In this document: piece by piece, positions 56,376-63,787 of the stretch
How the letters are laid out: each line of letters starts with the position of its first letter
How positions within the stretch are numbered: position 1 is the first letter of the stretch
Origin: a virus
Reading direction: 5' to 3' (one strand)
Virus record (IMG/VR): IMGVR_UViG_3300027804_000050
Location: 42,109 to 106,108 of that record
DNA length: 64,000 bases
Program-made: the position numbers and the translations under genes
Notes under the pieces: generated by a model
Database searches by the model: none
Seen by the model: only the letters and a program-made list of their open reading frames with translations
What the model was told of the DNA's origin: nothing

Positions 56376-56786
56376 ATGAGCAACAAAGGATACGAAATTA
56401 AGCCCAAGGCTGACCTTCAGGGTGCTAACCTTCGGTATGCTGACCTTCGGCGTGCTGACCTTCGGCATTCTGACCTTCGGCATTCTGACCTTCAGGGTAT
56501 TAACCTTCGGTATGCTGACCTTCGAGGTGCTGACCTTCAGGGTGCTAAACTTCGGTATGCTGACCTTCGGTATGCTGACCTTCGAGGTGCTGACCTTGAG
56601 GGTGCTTACCTTCAGGGTGCTGACCTTCAGGGTGCTAAACTTCAGGGTGCTAAACTTCAGGGTGCTGACCTTCAAGGTGCTAACCTTCTAGGTGCTGACC
56701 TTGGGGATACTAACCTTGAGGATGCTAACCTTGAGGGTGCTAAGATCTACGGCTATACCCTTACAAAAAACCAAGAAAACGAGTGA
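56376..56786 (+). CDS. Pentapeptide repeat protein
   Basis: About 22 A(D/N)Lxx repeats encoded by 15-bp tandem repeats. Confidence 0.92.
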   Translation: MSNKGYEIKPKADLQGANLRYADLRRADLRHSDLRHSDLQGINLRYADLRGADLQGAKLRYADLRYADLRGADLEGAYLQGADLQGAKLQGAKLQGADLQGANLLGADLGDTNLEDANLEGAKIYGYTLTKNQENE

Positions 56787-56811
56787 CCCAAGACCTCTGA
56801 TCGGTTATAAT
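56783..56811 (+). promoter_or_regulatory. GTGAC-type promoter
   Basis: GTGACC-17-TATAAT, then ACCTACC-ATG. Confidence 0.75.
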
Positions 56812-56818
56812 ACCTACC

Positions 56819-57085
56819 ATGAGCAACAACAACTACGAAAACACCTACGATATCGAGTTCTGTGTCTCTACTCCAGCCTTTTTTCGTGTTCAAGCACACA
56901 CCATGGAAGAGGCTATGAAGATTGCGCACGAACGCTTCCTGCATTCGGGGTTGGTTCTTTTCACGCCAGCCAATGCGAACACAGATACCGTTATGATCCG
57001 CAAGAGAGAAGATATCTGTGATCTTGGTGCCTCCAACGAAGACATGATCAGAGAGTACAATTACATCAAAACAAAGGCTAAGTGA
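56819..57085 (+). CDS. Small protein, paralog 1
   Basis: TYDIEF.V...RVQA.T.EEA..IA..RF...A.N.DM..EY.Y. Confidence 0.7.
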   Translation: MSNNNYENTYDIEFCVSTPAFFRVQAHTMEEAMKIAHERFLHSGLVLFTPANANTDTVMIRKREDICDLGASNEDMIREYNYIKTKAK

Positions 57086-57087
57086 CC

Positions 57088-57342
57088 ATGAGCAAGTACA
57101 CCTACGACATCGAGTTCGCAGTCCAGTCTGAGATTTATATGCGCGTCCAAGCAGATAGCGCAGAAGAAGCTAAGAGGATTGCAAAAGACCGTTTCAAAAA
57201 GACGGACGAGTTTACCATTAAATCCAGTAACATGGATAGGGAAATTATTGGTGTTCGTTTGAAAGAAGAACCCTGTAATCCCGAAGCTACCAATCAAGAT
57301 ATGGTACACGAGTATAAGTACGATATGGGGAAGGATAAGTGA
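57088..57342 (+). CDS. Small protein, paralog 2
   Basis: Same motif as 56819..57085. Confidence 0.7.
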   Translation: MSKYTYDIEFAVQSEIYMRVQADSAEEAKRIAKDRFKKTDEFTIKSSNMDREIIGVRLKEEPCNPEATNQDMVHEYKYDMGKDK

Positions 57343-57344
57343 CC

Positions 57345-57530
57345 ATGGAATACTGCGACAACTGTACAGATAAGCATAAAACCAAGAACATGGTTCCCAT
57401 CCCTGAACTTAAATTTAATGTAGCAAGTGCAAACAAGGGAGAATCTGCAATCTTATGTAAGCGGTGCTATGATGAATACAAGCGCGATCCTTCGTGGATC
57501 GAACCGTACCCTTATCAACAAGAAGGATGA
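57345..57530 (+). CDS. Small zinc-finger protein
   Basis: CDNC...CKRC. Confidence 0.6.
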   Translation: MEYCDNCTDKHKTKNMVPIPELKFNVASANKGESAILCKRCYDEYKRDPSWIEPYPYQQEG

Positions 57531-57685
57531 AGAACAATGAAGGTTAGAATTAAAAAGCAACGAGATCTCTATCAACCGGAATATGCAGTAGAAGTTTTAT
57601 ATAAATACAGCACATGGACAGTCGTAGCTACAACCTATAATCTAAAACTAGCCAATAAGATTAAAAAGCTAATTGAGGTGGAACA

Positions 57686-57859
57686 ATGACAAAGGTTTAT
57701 GTTTTAATGAATTGGCAAAGGGGAGTATGGGTATCTATTCAAGCCATTGTAGGAGTTTTCGCTACAATGGAAGCAGCAGAGAAACAAATGCAAGAATATA
57801 AAGAAGATGGTTTAGATGTTGCAGGAATGCACATCGAAGAATACGAGGTGAACCAATGA
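57686..57859 (+). CDS. 57-aa protein (not in ORF track)
   Basis: GAGGTG RBS; MTKVYVL...IVGVFAT.EAAE. Confidence 0.55.
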   Translation: MTKVYVLMNWQRGVWVSIQAIVGVFATMEAAEKQMQEYKEDGLDVAGMHIEEYEVNQ

Positions 57860-58419
57860 AACAAAATAACTGCCAAGGCTGTGGATGTATCAATGAGGAT
57901 CAATGTATCTGTATGAAAGAAGAATATACTATGCATCATCCAGCAGGTGTAGACATTACATTTAATAGCTGGGATGAATATACTACCTATCATCCAGCAG
58001 GTGTAAACATTACATTCAATAGCTGGGATGAATATAATAAGTACATGGTATATGAGAATAAAGTAAGAAAAGAATGCTGTGACCAAGCCTATGAGAACGG
58101 CTTCTTCGATGGCTACAACAAGGCCAAAGGCGTTGAAACCGATCAGGATAACTCGGTTATGTACAGCGATCCATACAACGATGGATACGACGAGGGCTAT
58201 AAGAATGCCAAGAGTGATATTAATCATGAACTGGGGGAGCTTAAAATTAAGTTAGCTGATGCCCTCCAAGCTCAAGCATTCTGGCGTGATAAATCTAATA
58301 AGGATAAAATTCAAAGTAAGTTGGAACTACCTAATCCCATTGAAGTAAAAGTTAAAGTGAATAATGTGGACGAATTCATTAAGATTTGGGATGTGTTGTA
58401 CCCTAAGGAGGAGCAATGA
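57856..58419 (+). CDS. Hypothetical protein with an 18-aa tandem duplication
   Basis: Two copies of YT..HPAGV.ITFNSWDE; GY..GY repeats. Confidence 0.6.
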   Translation: MKQNNCQGCGCINEDQCICMKEEYTMHHPAGVDITFNSWDEYTTYHPAGVNITFNSWDEYNKYMVYENKVRKECCDQAYENGFFDGYNKAKGVETDQDNSVMYSDPYNDGYDEGYKNAKSDINHELGELKIKLADALQAQAFWRDKSNKDKIQSKLELPNPIEVKVKVNNVDEFIKIWDVLYPKEEQ

Positions 58420-58697
58420 AGTACAGAATCACGCACCCCGACGAATTTAATTGGTGTATCGAAGAATGGCAAGAAGGCGGCAAGGAAATCGAGAAAGGTA
58501 AGTTCCAAGGGGAATTTACCAAAGCCAAATGGAAGCCATCCAACGCTTTCTATCCAACTTTAAAAGACGCTTTAACGGCTTTGATCAACAAAGCAGCAGG
58601 CGACGCTTTAATCACCAAAGAAGCAAATAACATCTTGGAAGCAATTAAGATCGCAGAATCTAAGGTATTAAATACAATGCTTCCAGACAATAAGTAA
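58416..58697 (+). CDS. Hypothetical protein
   Basis: AGGAGG RBS. Confidence 0.6.
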   Translation: MKYRITHPDEFNWCIEEWQEGGKEIEKGKFQGEFTKAKWKPSNAFYPTLKDALTALINKAAGDALITKEANNILEAIKIAESKVLNTMLPDNK

Positions 58698-58727
58698 CAT
58701 AGGCTAGATAGAGAGGAGGAAAGAACA

Positions 58728-59150
58728 ATGATAGAAGATAATCATATATTTAACCTGCTCTCTAAGAATAATATACAAGAAGTAGATCTAGGATACGCCA
58801 AATACAAGTTAATTATAACCGATAATATAGGAGATAACTTAACTTGGGGATATACTAATACGGGTACACATACAATCTATTTGCATTCATCAATGCATAA
58901 TCAACAAGCAAGAGAAGTCCTTCTGCACGAGATTACGCATTGCATATTAGAAGTAATCGGATACACTTCTAATGATGACGAGAAATCATTCAAAGACAAT
59001 AATGAAGATATGACTACCAAGATGTCTAGAGGATTCCTACTAGTCTTAAATCTTAATCCTCTACTTATGTCCCTGTTGATATCTTCTAATCAACAAGCAA
59101 TACCAACTTCTGTGTTCTTGTTTGAAGGTAAAAACATATTGAAATCATAA
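58728..59150 (+). CDS. HExxH metallopeptidase-fold protein
   Basis: G.T...THTIYL...EVLLHEITHCI...E. Confidence 0.75.
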   Translation: MIEDNHIFNLLSKNNIQEVDLGYAKYKLIITDNIGDNLTWGYTNTGTHTIYLHSSMHNQQAREVLLHEITHCILEVIGYTSNDDEKSFKDNNEDMTTKMSRGFLLVLNLNPLLMSLLISSNQQAIPTSVFLFEGKNILKS

Positions 59151-59490
59151 TTAAATGCCAAAAAGTCAAAGTTTATGTATTGTATAAAAGTACCCCCCGT
59201 CATCAAAAAAAATGAATAAAATCCAAGTATCATTTAAGATACGGGGGTGGGGAGGGGTACTAAAAAGTCAAAGTTTATTGTTTTTATTGGATTTTTGCTA
59301 AAAAGTCAAAGTTTGCTTTACCCATAAAAAACCTAACACACACAAAAATCTCTGAATTATTTCTAAGTTTTACAATCTAATGTGAACTTTGGCAAGTCTC
59401 ACATACAACATATAGTGGTATGTTTTGATTTGATTTGCCAAAATCCCATATAAATACAACCCCCCACCACTATATGTTGTGTTCGGGGGA

Positions 59491-59543
59491 TAAAATAGCT
59501 TAGATCTTGTTTGAAACTAGCTCAAACAAGATCTAAGCTATTT
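59491..59543. repeat. Perfect 23-bp inverted repeat (bidirectional terminator or cruciform)
   Basis: AAAATAGCTTAGATCTTGTTTGA-7 nt-TCAAACAAGATCTAAGCTATTTT. Confidence 0.85.
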
Positions 59544-59720
59544 TTATTTGAACTACCGAGTAAAACAAGATAGTTCCATTTAGAACTTGTAAGATCTACT
59601 TACAAGTTGTTTAGATATAGATCGGAAGTTACAGAGTTGCAACTAGGTTTAGAGTTTCCCCATCCAACACTAACAACTCTTGTTTCATCTGTAACTCTGT
59701 AACTTCCTTTCCATGCCCCT

Positions 59721-59748
59721 ATCTTACCACAATTCCCCCCATTGTCAA
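59721..59748 (-). promoter_or_regulatory. Sigma70-type promoter firing into the non-coding region
   Basis: TTGACA-16-TAAGAT with extended TG. Confidence 0.7.
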
Positions 59749-59783
59749 TAGCTCCTAAACTTATTTTCAAAGATTTTCTGAGC

Positions 59784-59867
59784 TTTTCGTAAGTGCTTGT
59801 AGAATAAGAGGTTACATCAAGAGGGGGGGCCCCATAAACCTAAAGTGTTAGTTTGCAATGGGTTACG
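59784..59867 (+). repeat. Cassette element copy 1
   Basis: TTTTCGTAAGTGCTTGTAGAATAAGAGGTTACATCAA...GGGCCC plus a second TAA-N4-TT..AA-N4-TTA box. Confidence 0.9.
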
Positions 59868-59906
59868 CTCATTTCAAATAATGTGGGGAAACTGTGATTC
59901 GGGGGC

Positions 59907-59934
59907 TTGACAAGGGGTCGAAGTGTGGTACAAT
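59907..59934 (+). promoter_or_regulatory. Sigma70-type early promoter
   Basis: TTGACA-16-TACAAT; ATG 6 nt downstream. Confidence 0.85.
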
Positions 59935-59940
59935 ATGGGC

Positions 59941-60741
59941 ATGAATAACGCCTTCCTTACCCGCGACGATATCGTCGCCCGTGTCCCTTCCGCGCTGGCC
60001 TCTACCCATGACGGTCGCCGCTCCGATCTCTACACCTTCGTTCCTACCTTGGACATCATCAATTCGATGGAATCCAACGGCTGGGGCGTGGTGGCTGCTA
60101 AGGTTCCCAAGGCTCGCAAGTCGGCTTCCCGCGATTTCGGAATCCACCAATTGGAATTCCAAGAGCGCGGCGCGGTCGCTCTTGTAGACCCTAGGGTGCC
60201 CGATTCCAAGGCTATCTTTCCCCGAATCCACATTCTCAACTCGCACAATGGAACTTCCCGTTTCCAAGTGTTGGCTGGCCTCTATACGCTAATTTGCTCC
60301 AACGGTTTGATCGTTAGCACGGCGAGTGTGGGCGAGTTTAGCACGCGCCACACGGGGAGCTTTAATGCGGAAGACGCTTTCCGCACGGTCGAACAGTTCC
60401 GCGCTGCTATGTCCGGCATTGGCGACACGATGCAACTTTGGAGCGGCTTGCAATTGTCGCCTACGGAAGCGGACGAATTCGCCCTCGCCGCTGCTCGCAT
60501 TCGCTGGAACGATCCCGCCGATGCGATCCCCTCTCCCGCCTATATCCTCGCCCCGCACCGCGAGGCCGATGTCGGGCGCGACCTGTGGCGCGTGTTCAAT
60601 GTGGCGCAAGAAAATTTGATCGGCGGCGGGTTCAAGCGTGCGACCCGTGAGGCTCGCAAGGTTACCAATCTGCGCGAATCCATCCGCATCAATTCGGAAC
60701 TCTGGAACCTTGCGGAAACTACCGCGATGCGTTTCGGCTGA
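59941..60741 (+). CDS. DUF932/DUF945 family protein, leaderless, GC-rich
   Basis: PS..A......S..Y.FVPT, NSHNGTS.FQ..AG...ICSNGL and DLW.VFNV.QENL motifs. Confidence 0.88.
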   Translation: MNNAFLTRDDIVARVPSALASTHDGRRSDLYTFVPTLDIINSMESNGWGVVAAKVPKARKSASRDFGIHQLEFQERGAVALVDPRVPDSKAIFPRIHILNSHNGTSRFQVLAGLYTLICSNGLIVSTASVGEFSTRHTGSFNAEDAFRTVEQFRAAMSGIGDTMQLWSGLQLSPTEADEFALAAARIRWNDPADAIPSPAYILAPHREADVGRDLWRVFNVAQENLIGGGFKRATREARKVTNLRESIRINSELWNLAETTAMRFG

Positions 60742-60765
60742 CCTTCCAACAATTGCAACCTCTTG

Positions 60766-60798
60766 AAGGGAGCGGGGCAACCCGCTCCCTTTCCTTTT
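60766..60798 (+). terminator. Terminator
   Basis: AAGGGAGCGGG-GCAA-CCCGCTCCCTT followed by T's. Confidence 0.9.
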
Positions 60799-60852
60799 CT
60801 AGGGGAGGGAGTTTACTGGTAGCTGTCAAGAAAAAAACCAAAAATTTTTAAT

Positions 60853-60902
60853 GGGGCCCCGTGCGTTGATATAACTTCTTATTCTACAACTACTTACGAA
60901 AA
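60853..60902 (-). repeat. Cassette element copy 2 (inverted)
   Basis: Reverse complement reads TTTTCGTAAGTAGTTGTAGAATAAGAAGTTATATCAA...GGGGCCCC. Confidence 0.9.
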
Positions 60903-60917
60903 TTTGAATTTTGGGGG

Positions 60918-60945
60918 TTGACTATGGGCTGAAATGTAGTACAAT
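60918..60945 (+). promoter_or_regulatory. Sigma70-type early promoter
   Basis: TTGACT-16-TACAAT; ATG 6 nt downstream. Confidence 0.8.
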
Positions 60946-60951
60946 ATGCAC

Positions 60952-61167
60952 ATGAAGAACGAGATCGACCCCTTCGATGACCTGCAATGCGAAGAGCTTG
61001 TCCCCGAGCACTGGGAGGGGAGCCCTGAGCCGGAACCCCTGACCGACGCTGATTTGGAGCAGCAATGGCAGGGATGGAAGAAGGATCACCCCGAGCAGGC
61101 CCAGATCCTCGAAGAGATCGAAGCGTTCTTTCAAACTTATCCTTTCCGCTTGGATAAGTTTAAATAA
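60952..61167 (+). CDS. Small acidic early protein, leaderless
   Basis: MKNEIDPFDDL...; strongly Asp/Glu-rich. Confidence 0.7.
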   Translation: MKNEIDPFDDLQCEELVPEHWEGSPEPEPLTDADLEQQWQGWKKDHPEQAQILEEIEAFFQTYPFRLDKFK

Positions 61168-61213
61168 AGATGAAACCATCCGAAATATGTGCTAGCTAGG
61201 ATGGTGGAATTGG

Positions 61214-61250
61214 GCCACCCTTCCGAATAAGATCGGAGGGGTGGTCTTTT
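61214..61250 (+). terminator. Terminator
   Basis: GCCACCCTTCCGA/TCGGAGGGGTGGT stem followed by CTTTT. Confidence 0.8.
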
Positions 61251-61330
61251 CGTAAGTGGTTGTAGAATAAGAGGTTATATCAACCGTGGGGGCCCCAACA
61301 ACCTAAATCGTTGTTGGCAAACAATTTAGG
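61247..61330 (+). repeat. Cassette element copy 3
   Basis: TTTTCGTAAGTGGTTGTAGAATAAGAGGTTATATCAA...GGGCCCC-AACAACCTAA box. Confidence 0.9.
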
Positions 61331-61341
61331 ACGATAACTTT

Positions 61342-62052
61342 TCAGACTTTCTTCTTGCCTTTCGAGTGATCGTAGAAACGAATACCCTTGAGCACATTGT
61401 GATTCCAGCACAGGCCACAATCCCCGCAGGAAGCCGCTTTTCCGGTCTGCTCAGGACACGAAACATAGCCAGTTTCCTCAGGAGCGTCAACCGCACAAGT
61501 ATATTCCCCAACACGAGCTAGGCTAGAATTGGTGTTATTGCTAAACCGCACAAGCCAACGCCCACCATGCGAGGTATTGTATTCCGTGATAGCCTGCCCG
61601 ATAGGACTACCTACCTTGTGCGCAGTATAGCCCCAGATGAAAAGATTCTGAAACTTGTGCTGCAACTTGCGCCAGAATACCACATATTCCAGAGAGAAGA
61701 AATCCCCTAGCACATGGAGACGGACGGCGACCTTGCTATAGGTGCTGCACGCTTCGGAAACTTCCTTTTCAATCCTACGCATAAGCTCGGAAGGATCCAT
61801 CGCCATTCTATGAGCGAATGGCATATTGTCCCCGTAGCACTTAGTCCACATGGCACAATCGGAAGGACAGGTAGCACGCTCTTCTAGGGTAACGGTGAAG
61901 ATCGTAGCACCCTTCCATGCACCCTTGAGAATGCGCTTCCCTAGCTTGCCGTTGCTCGAAAGCTTGAGAACCGAACTAGTATAGTCTGCACCCTTGCGGG
62001 ACTTCGTGTAGACGGTGCGGGCTTCGGTGTGGGCTTGTGCTAGCTTGCTCAT
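61342..62052 (-). CDS. Gene product 88 (GP88)-like Cys-motif protein
   Basis: TCP..C....CY, RLHVLGDF, WGYT and CP......C..C.LC motifs. Confidence 0.75.
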   Translation of the reverse strand: MSKLAQAHTEARTVYTKSRKGADYTSSVLKLSSNGKLGKRILKGAWKGATIFTVTLEERATCPSDCAMWTKCYGDNMPFAHRMAMDPSELMRRIEKEVSEACSTYSKVAVRLHVLGDFFSLEYVVFWRKLQHKFQNLFIWGYTAHKVGSPIGQAITEYNTSHGGRWLVRFSNNTNSSLARVGEYTCAVDAPEETGYVSCPEQTGKAASCGDCGLCWNHNVLKGIRFYDHSKGKKKV

Positions 62053-62058
62053 GGTGGA

Positions 62059-62086
62059 ATTATACCTTAACTCGCCCCCTTGTCAA
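62059..62086 (-). promoter_or_regulatory. Sigma70-type early promoter
   Basis: TTGACA-16-TATAAT-TCCACC-ATG. Confidence 0.85.
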
Positions 62087-62101
62087 GAGGCTAAATACAA
62101 C

Positions 62102-62148
62102 TTTTCGTAAGTGGTTGGGATTAAAGAGGTTACATCAACGGGGCCCCC
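62102..62148 (+). repeat. Cassette element copy 4
   Basis: TTTTCGTAAGTGGTTGGGATTAAAGAGGTTACATCAACGGGCCCC. Confidence 0.9.
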
Positions 62149-62182
62149 CGCCTGTTACGCTTTCGTAACATTTGGGGTTTGA

Positions 62183-62413
62183 TCAGTTCAGGTTTTCAAA
62201 ATATCTTGGATTTTCCTTGACGATGGCCTTTAGAGCAGGTAGCAAGTTTTGGTTGATACCATCCACGGCACACAGCACGCCCGTGGAAAAAGCCTTTTTT
62301 TCATTTTCGGTTAGGTTGTGATCCCCCTTCACGATTCCAAGTGTGGCTACGCACATAGCCTCACAAAACTCGGTGCAAGCCTTTTCGATTTCTTGTTCCT
62401 TGGAGCTTTTCAT
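62183..62413 (-). CDS. Hypothetical early protein, leaderless
   Basis: ATG 6 nt after TACAAT. Confidence 0.7.
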   Translation of the reverse strand: MKSSKEQEIEKACTEFCEAMCVATLGIVKGDHNLTENEKKAFSTGVLCAVDGINQNLLPALKAIVKENPRYFENLN

Positions 62414-62419
62414 GGTCAA

Positions 62420-62448
62420 ATTGTACATTAGGAATCACAGTTTGTCAA
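62420..62448 (-). promoter_or_regulatory. Sigma70-type early promoter
   Basis: TTGACA-17-TACAAT. Confidence 0.85.
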
Positions 62449-62463
62449 TACCCCAAAACCACA

Positions 62464-62548
62464 TTTTCGTAAGTGGTTGTAGAATAAGAGGTTACATCAA
62501 CGGGCGGGGCCCCAACAACCTAAGTCGTTGGAGTTTCAGGAGTTAGGT
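62464..62548 (+). repeat. Cassette element copy 5
   Basis: TTTTCGTAAGTGGTTGTAGAATAAGAGGTTACATCAA...GGGCCCC-AACAACCTAA box. Confidence 0.9.
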
Positions 62549-62737
62549 AACCCTGAAAATAACTCTAGCTTCCGGGAATTGTTCCTTGACGCGCTCCGCA
62601 TAGTCCGTTACTGCATCACGGCACAAGTAGGAGAAGCAATCCACCTTCCTATCGTACTGGTCGAACCGTTCGATATAAAAGATGGTGCGGGTGCCTTGCT
62701 TGTAGGGCTGCTGCTCTTCGGTGATTTGAAACTTCAT
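62543..62737 (-). CDS. Hypothetical early protein
   Basis: ATGA-coupled to the upstream gene; GAGG RBS. Confidence 0.65.
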   Translation of the reverse strand: MKFQITEEQQPYKQGTRTIFYIERFDQYDRKVDCFSYLCRDAVTDYAERVKEQFPEARVIFRVT

Positions 62738-62937
62738 TGGACTTCCTCGACCTTGTACGGGGAGACTTGGTAGGTGCGATTCCCTAGTGTAACCGTGCCA
62801 CCGAAGATTGGGAAGAAGGGTTCGTACTTTTCCGCAATCTTGCATTGCTTCTTGATCTGCGGGATGTCCTTTCGCATCTGCTCTTCGGTGACATTCGGAG
62901 TGTGCCAGATCACATGATATTCGGTGCGGGTCTTCAT
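62734..62937 (-). CDS. Hypothetical early protein, leaderless
   Basis: Preceded by TTGCCA-17-TAGGAT-7-ATG. Confidence 0.65.
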   Translation of the reverse strand: MKTRTEYHVIWHTPNVTEEQMRKDIPQIKKQCKIAEKYEPFFPIFGGTVTLGNRTYQVSPYKVEEVQ

Positions 62938-62950
62938 GGTGTACATCCTA

Positions 62951-63214
62951 TCAGCGAGTTGCGAACTTGGCAACAATAAACTCGGTTCCTTCCCAAGCCT
63001 CGGGCATGGTCTTCACGAGACGGCTGATGCCACGCTTTGCTGCTTCCTTGCTGGAGAAGTAGATGCTTTCCTCGGCACCCGAAACCCAGTCCTGCTGGCA
63101 CCTAACATCCCGCCAGAAGTAGTCCCACGCTTCCTTGCCCTGCGCGACTTCAATCGAGCGCACGATGTCGCCAAGCTGGTAAGCGTCGTTTTCCATTTCG
63201 TACTTGTTCTTCAT
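62951..63214 (-). CDS. Hypothetical early protein, leaderless
   Basis: Preceded by TTGACA-17-TATAAT-7-ATG (promoter at 63222..63250). Confidence 0.7.
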   Translation of the reverse strand: MKNKYEMENDAYQLGDIVRSIEVAQGKEAWDYFWRDVRCQQDWVSGAEESIYFSSKEAAKRGISRLVKTMPEAWEGTEFIVAKFATR

Positions 63215-63270
63215 GGTTCCTATTATATCGGAAATTAGGGGGCCTGTCAATAGGGGAAACTGGATTTTCT

Positions 63271-63310
63271 TAAACCATTGTAGAATAAGAGGTTACATCA
63301 ATGGGGCCCC
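63271..63310 (+). repeat. Cassette element copy 6 (left end diverged)
   Basis: TAAACCATTGTAGAATAAGAGGTTACATCAATGGGGCCCC. Confidence 0.85.
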
Positions 63311-63369
63311 TCGCGGGTTACGATTTCGTAACACTAGGTTACGATTGGGGATTATCGTAACCCCGAAGG

Positions 63370-63786
63370 TTACATTTTGGCTTTTACCTTTTCCCAATAC
63401 TTTACGGTTGCGGTCTTCTTATGTCCCTTAGGCCCACCGTTATGGATACGAGCTAAAGTTTCCCAATCCCCTGCCTCAAAAGCCTTAGGGCAATAACGCT
63501 TCCAATATGCAATCATAACCTTTTCGGAATAGGCTTTATCGGTAAGGCATTGTTCCCAAGTACCGGCTAGGCGAGAATCAGTCCAATAGGCTTTTTGAAT
63601 CTGATAAGGGCCAAAAGATTGCCCGTTGTCACCTTTAGCTCCGATCCCGTTATCCTTCATCCCGCCAGTTTCAACTTGGCGAATAGCCTTTAGGAATTGA
63701 TCCAAACCTTTTGGATCGGCTTTAACGATAGGGGAGCAAGCCACCATAACAAGAAGAACAATAGCGTATCGCAAGATTTTTTGCAT
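63370..63786 (-). CDS. Secreted lysozyme-fold enzyme (i-type lysozyme/destabilase-like)
   Basis: Signal peptide; AI.QVETGG, GPYQI..AYW.D, ARIHNGGP.G and T..YW.KV motifs. Confidence 0.82.
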   Translation of the reverse strand: MQKILRYAIVLLVMVACSPIVKADPKGLDQFLKAIRQVETGGMKDNGIGAKGDNGQSFGPYQIQKAYWTDSRLAGTWEQCLTDKAYSEKVMIAYWKRYCPKAFEAGDWETLARIHNGGPKGHKKTATVKYWEKVKAKM

Positions 63787-63787
63787 T

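Noticed and set aside
56322-56691. Repetitive alternative ORFs (MKVSTLK... on -, MLTFG... on +)
   Set aside because: Shadow frames of the 15-bp pentapeptide repeats.
59869-60780. Multiple overlapping ORFs on both strands
   Set aside because: By-products of high GC within the DUF932 gene, which alone has a promoter, terminator and recognisable motifs.
59784-63310. CRISPR array interpretation of the ~37-bp repeat
   Set aside because: Copies are 0.36-1.1 kb apart, in both orientations, separated by whole genes; no cas genes are present.
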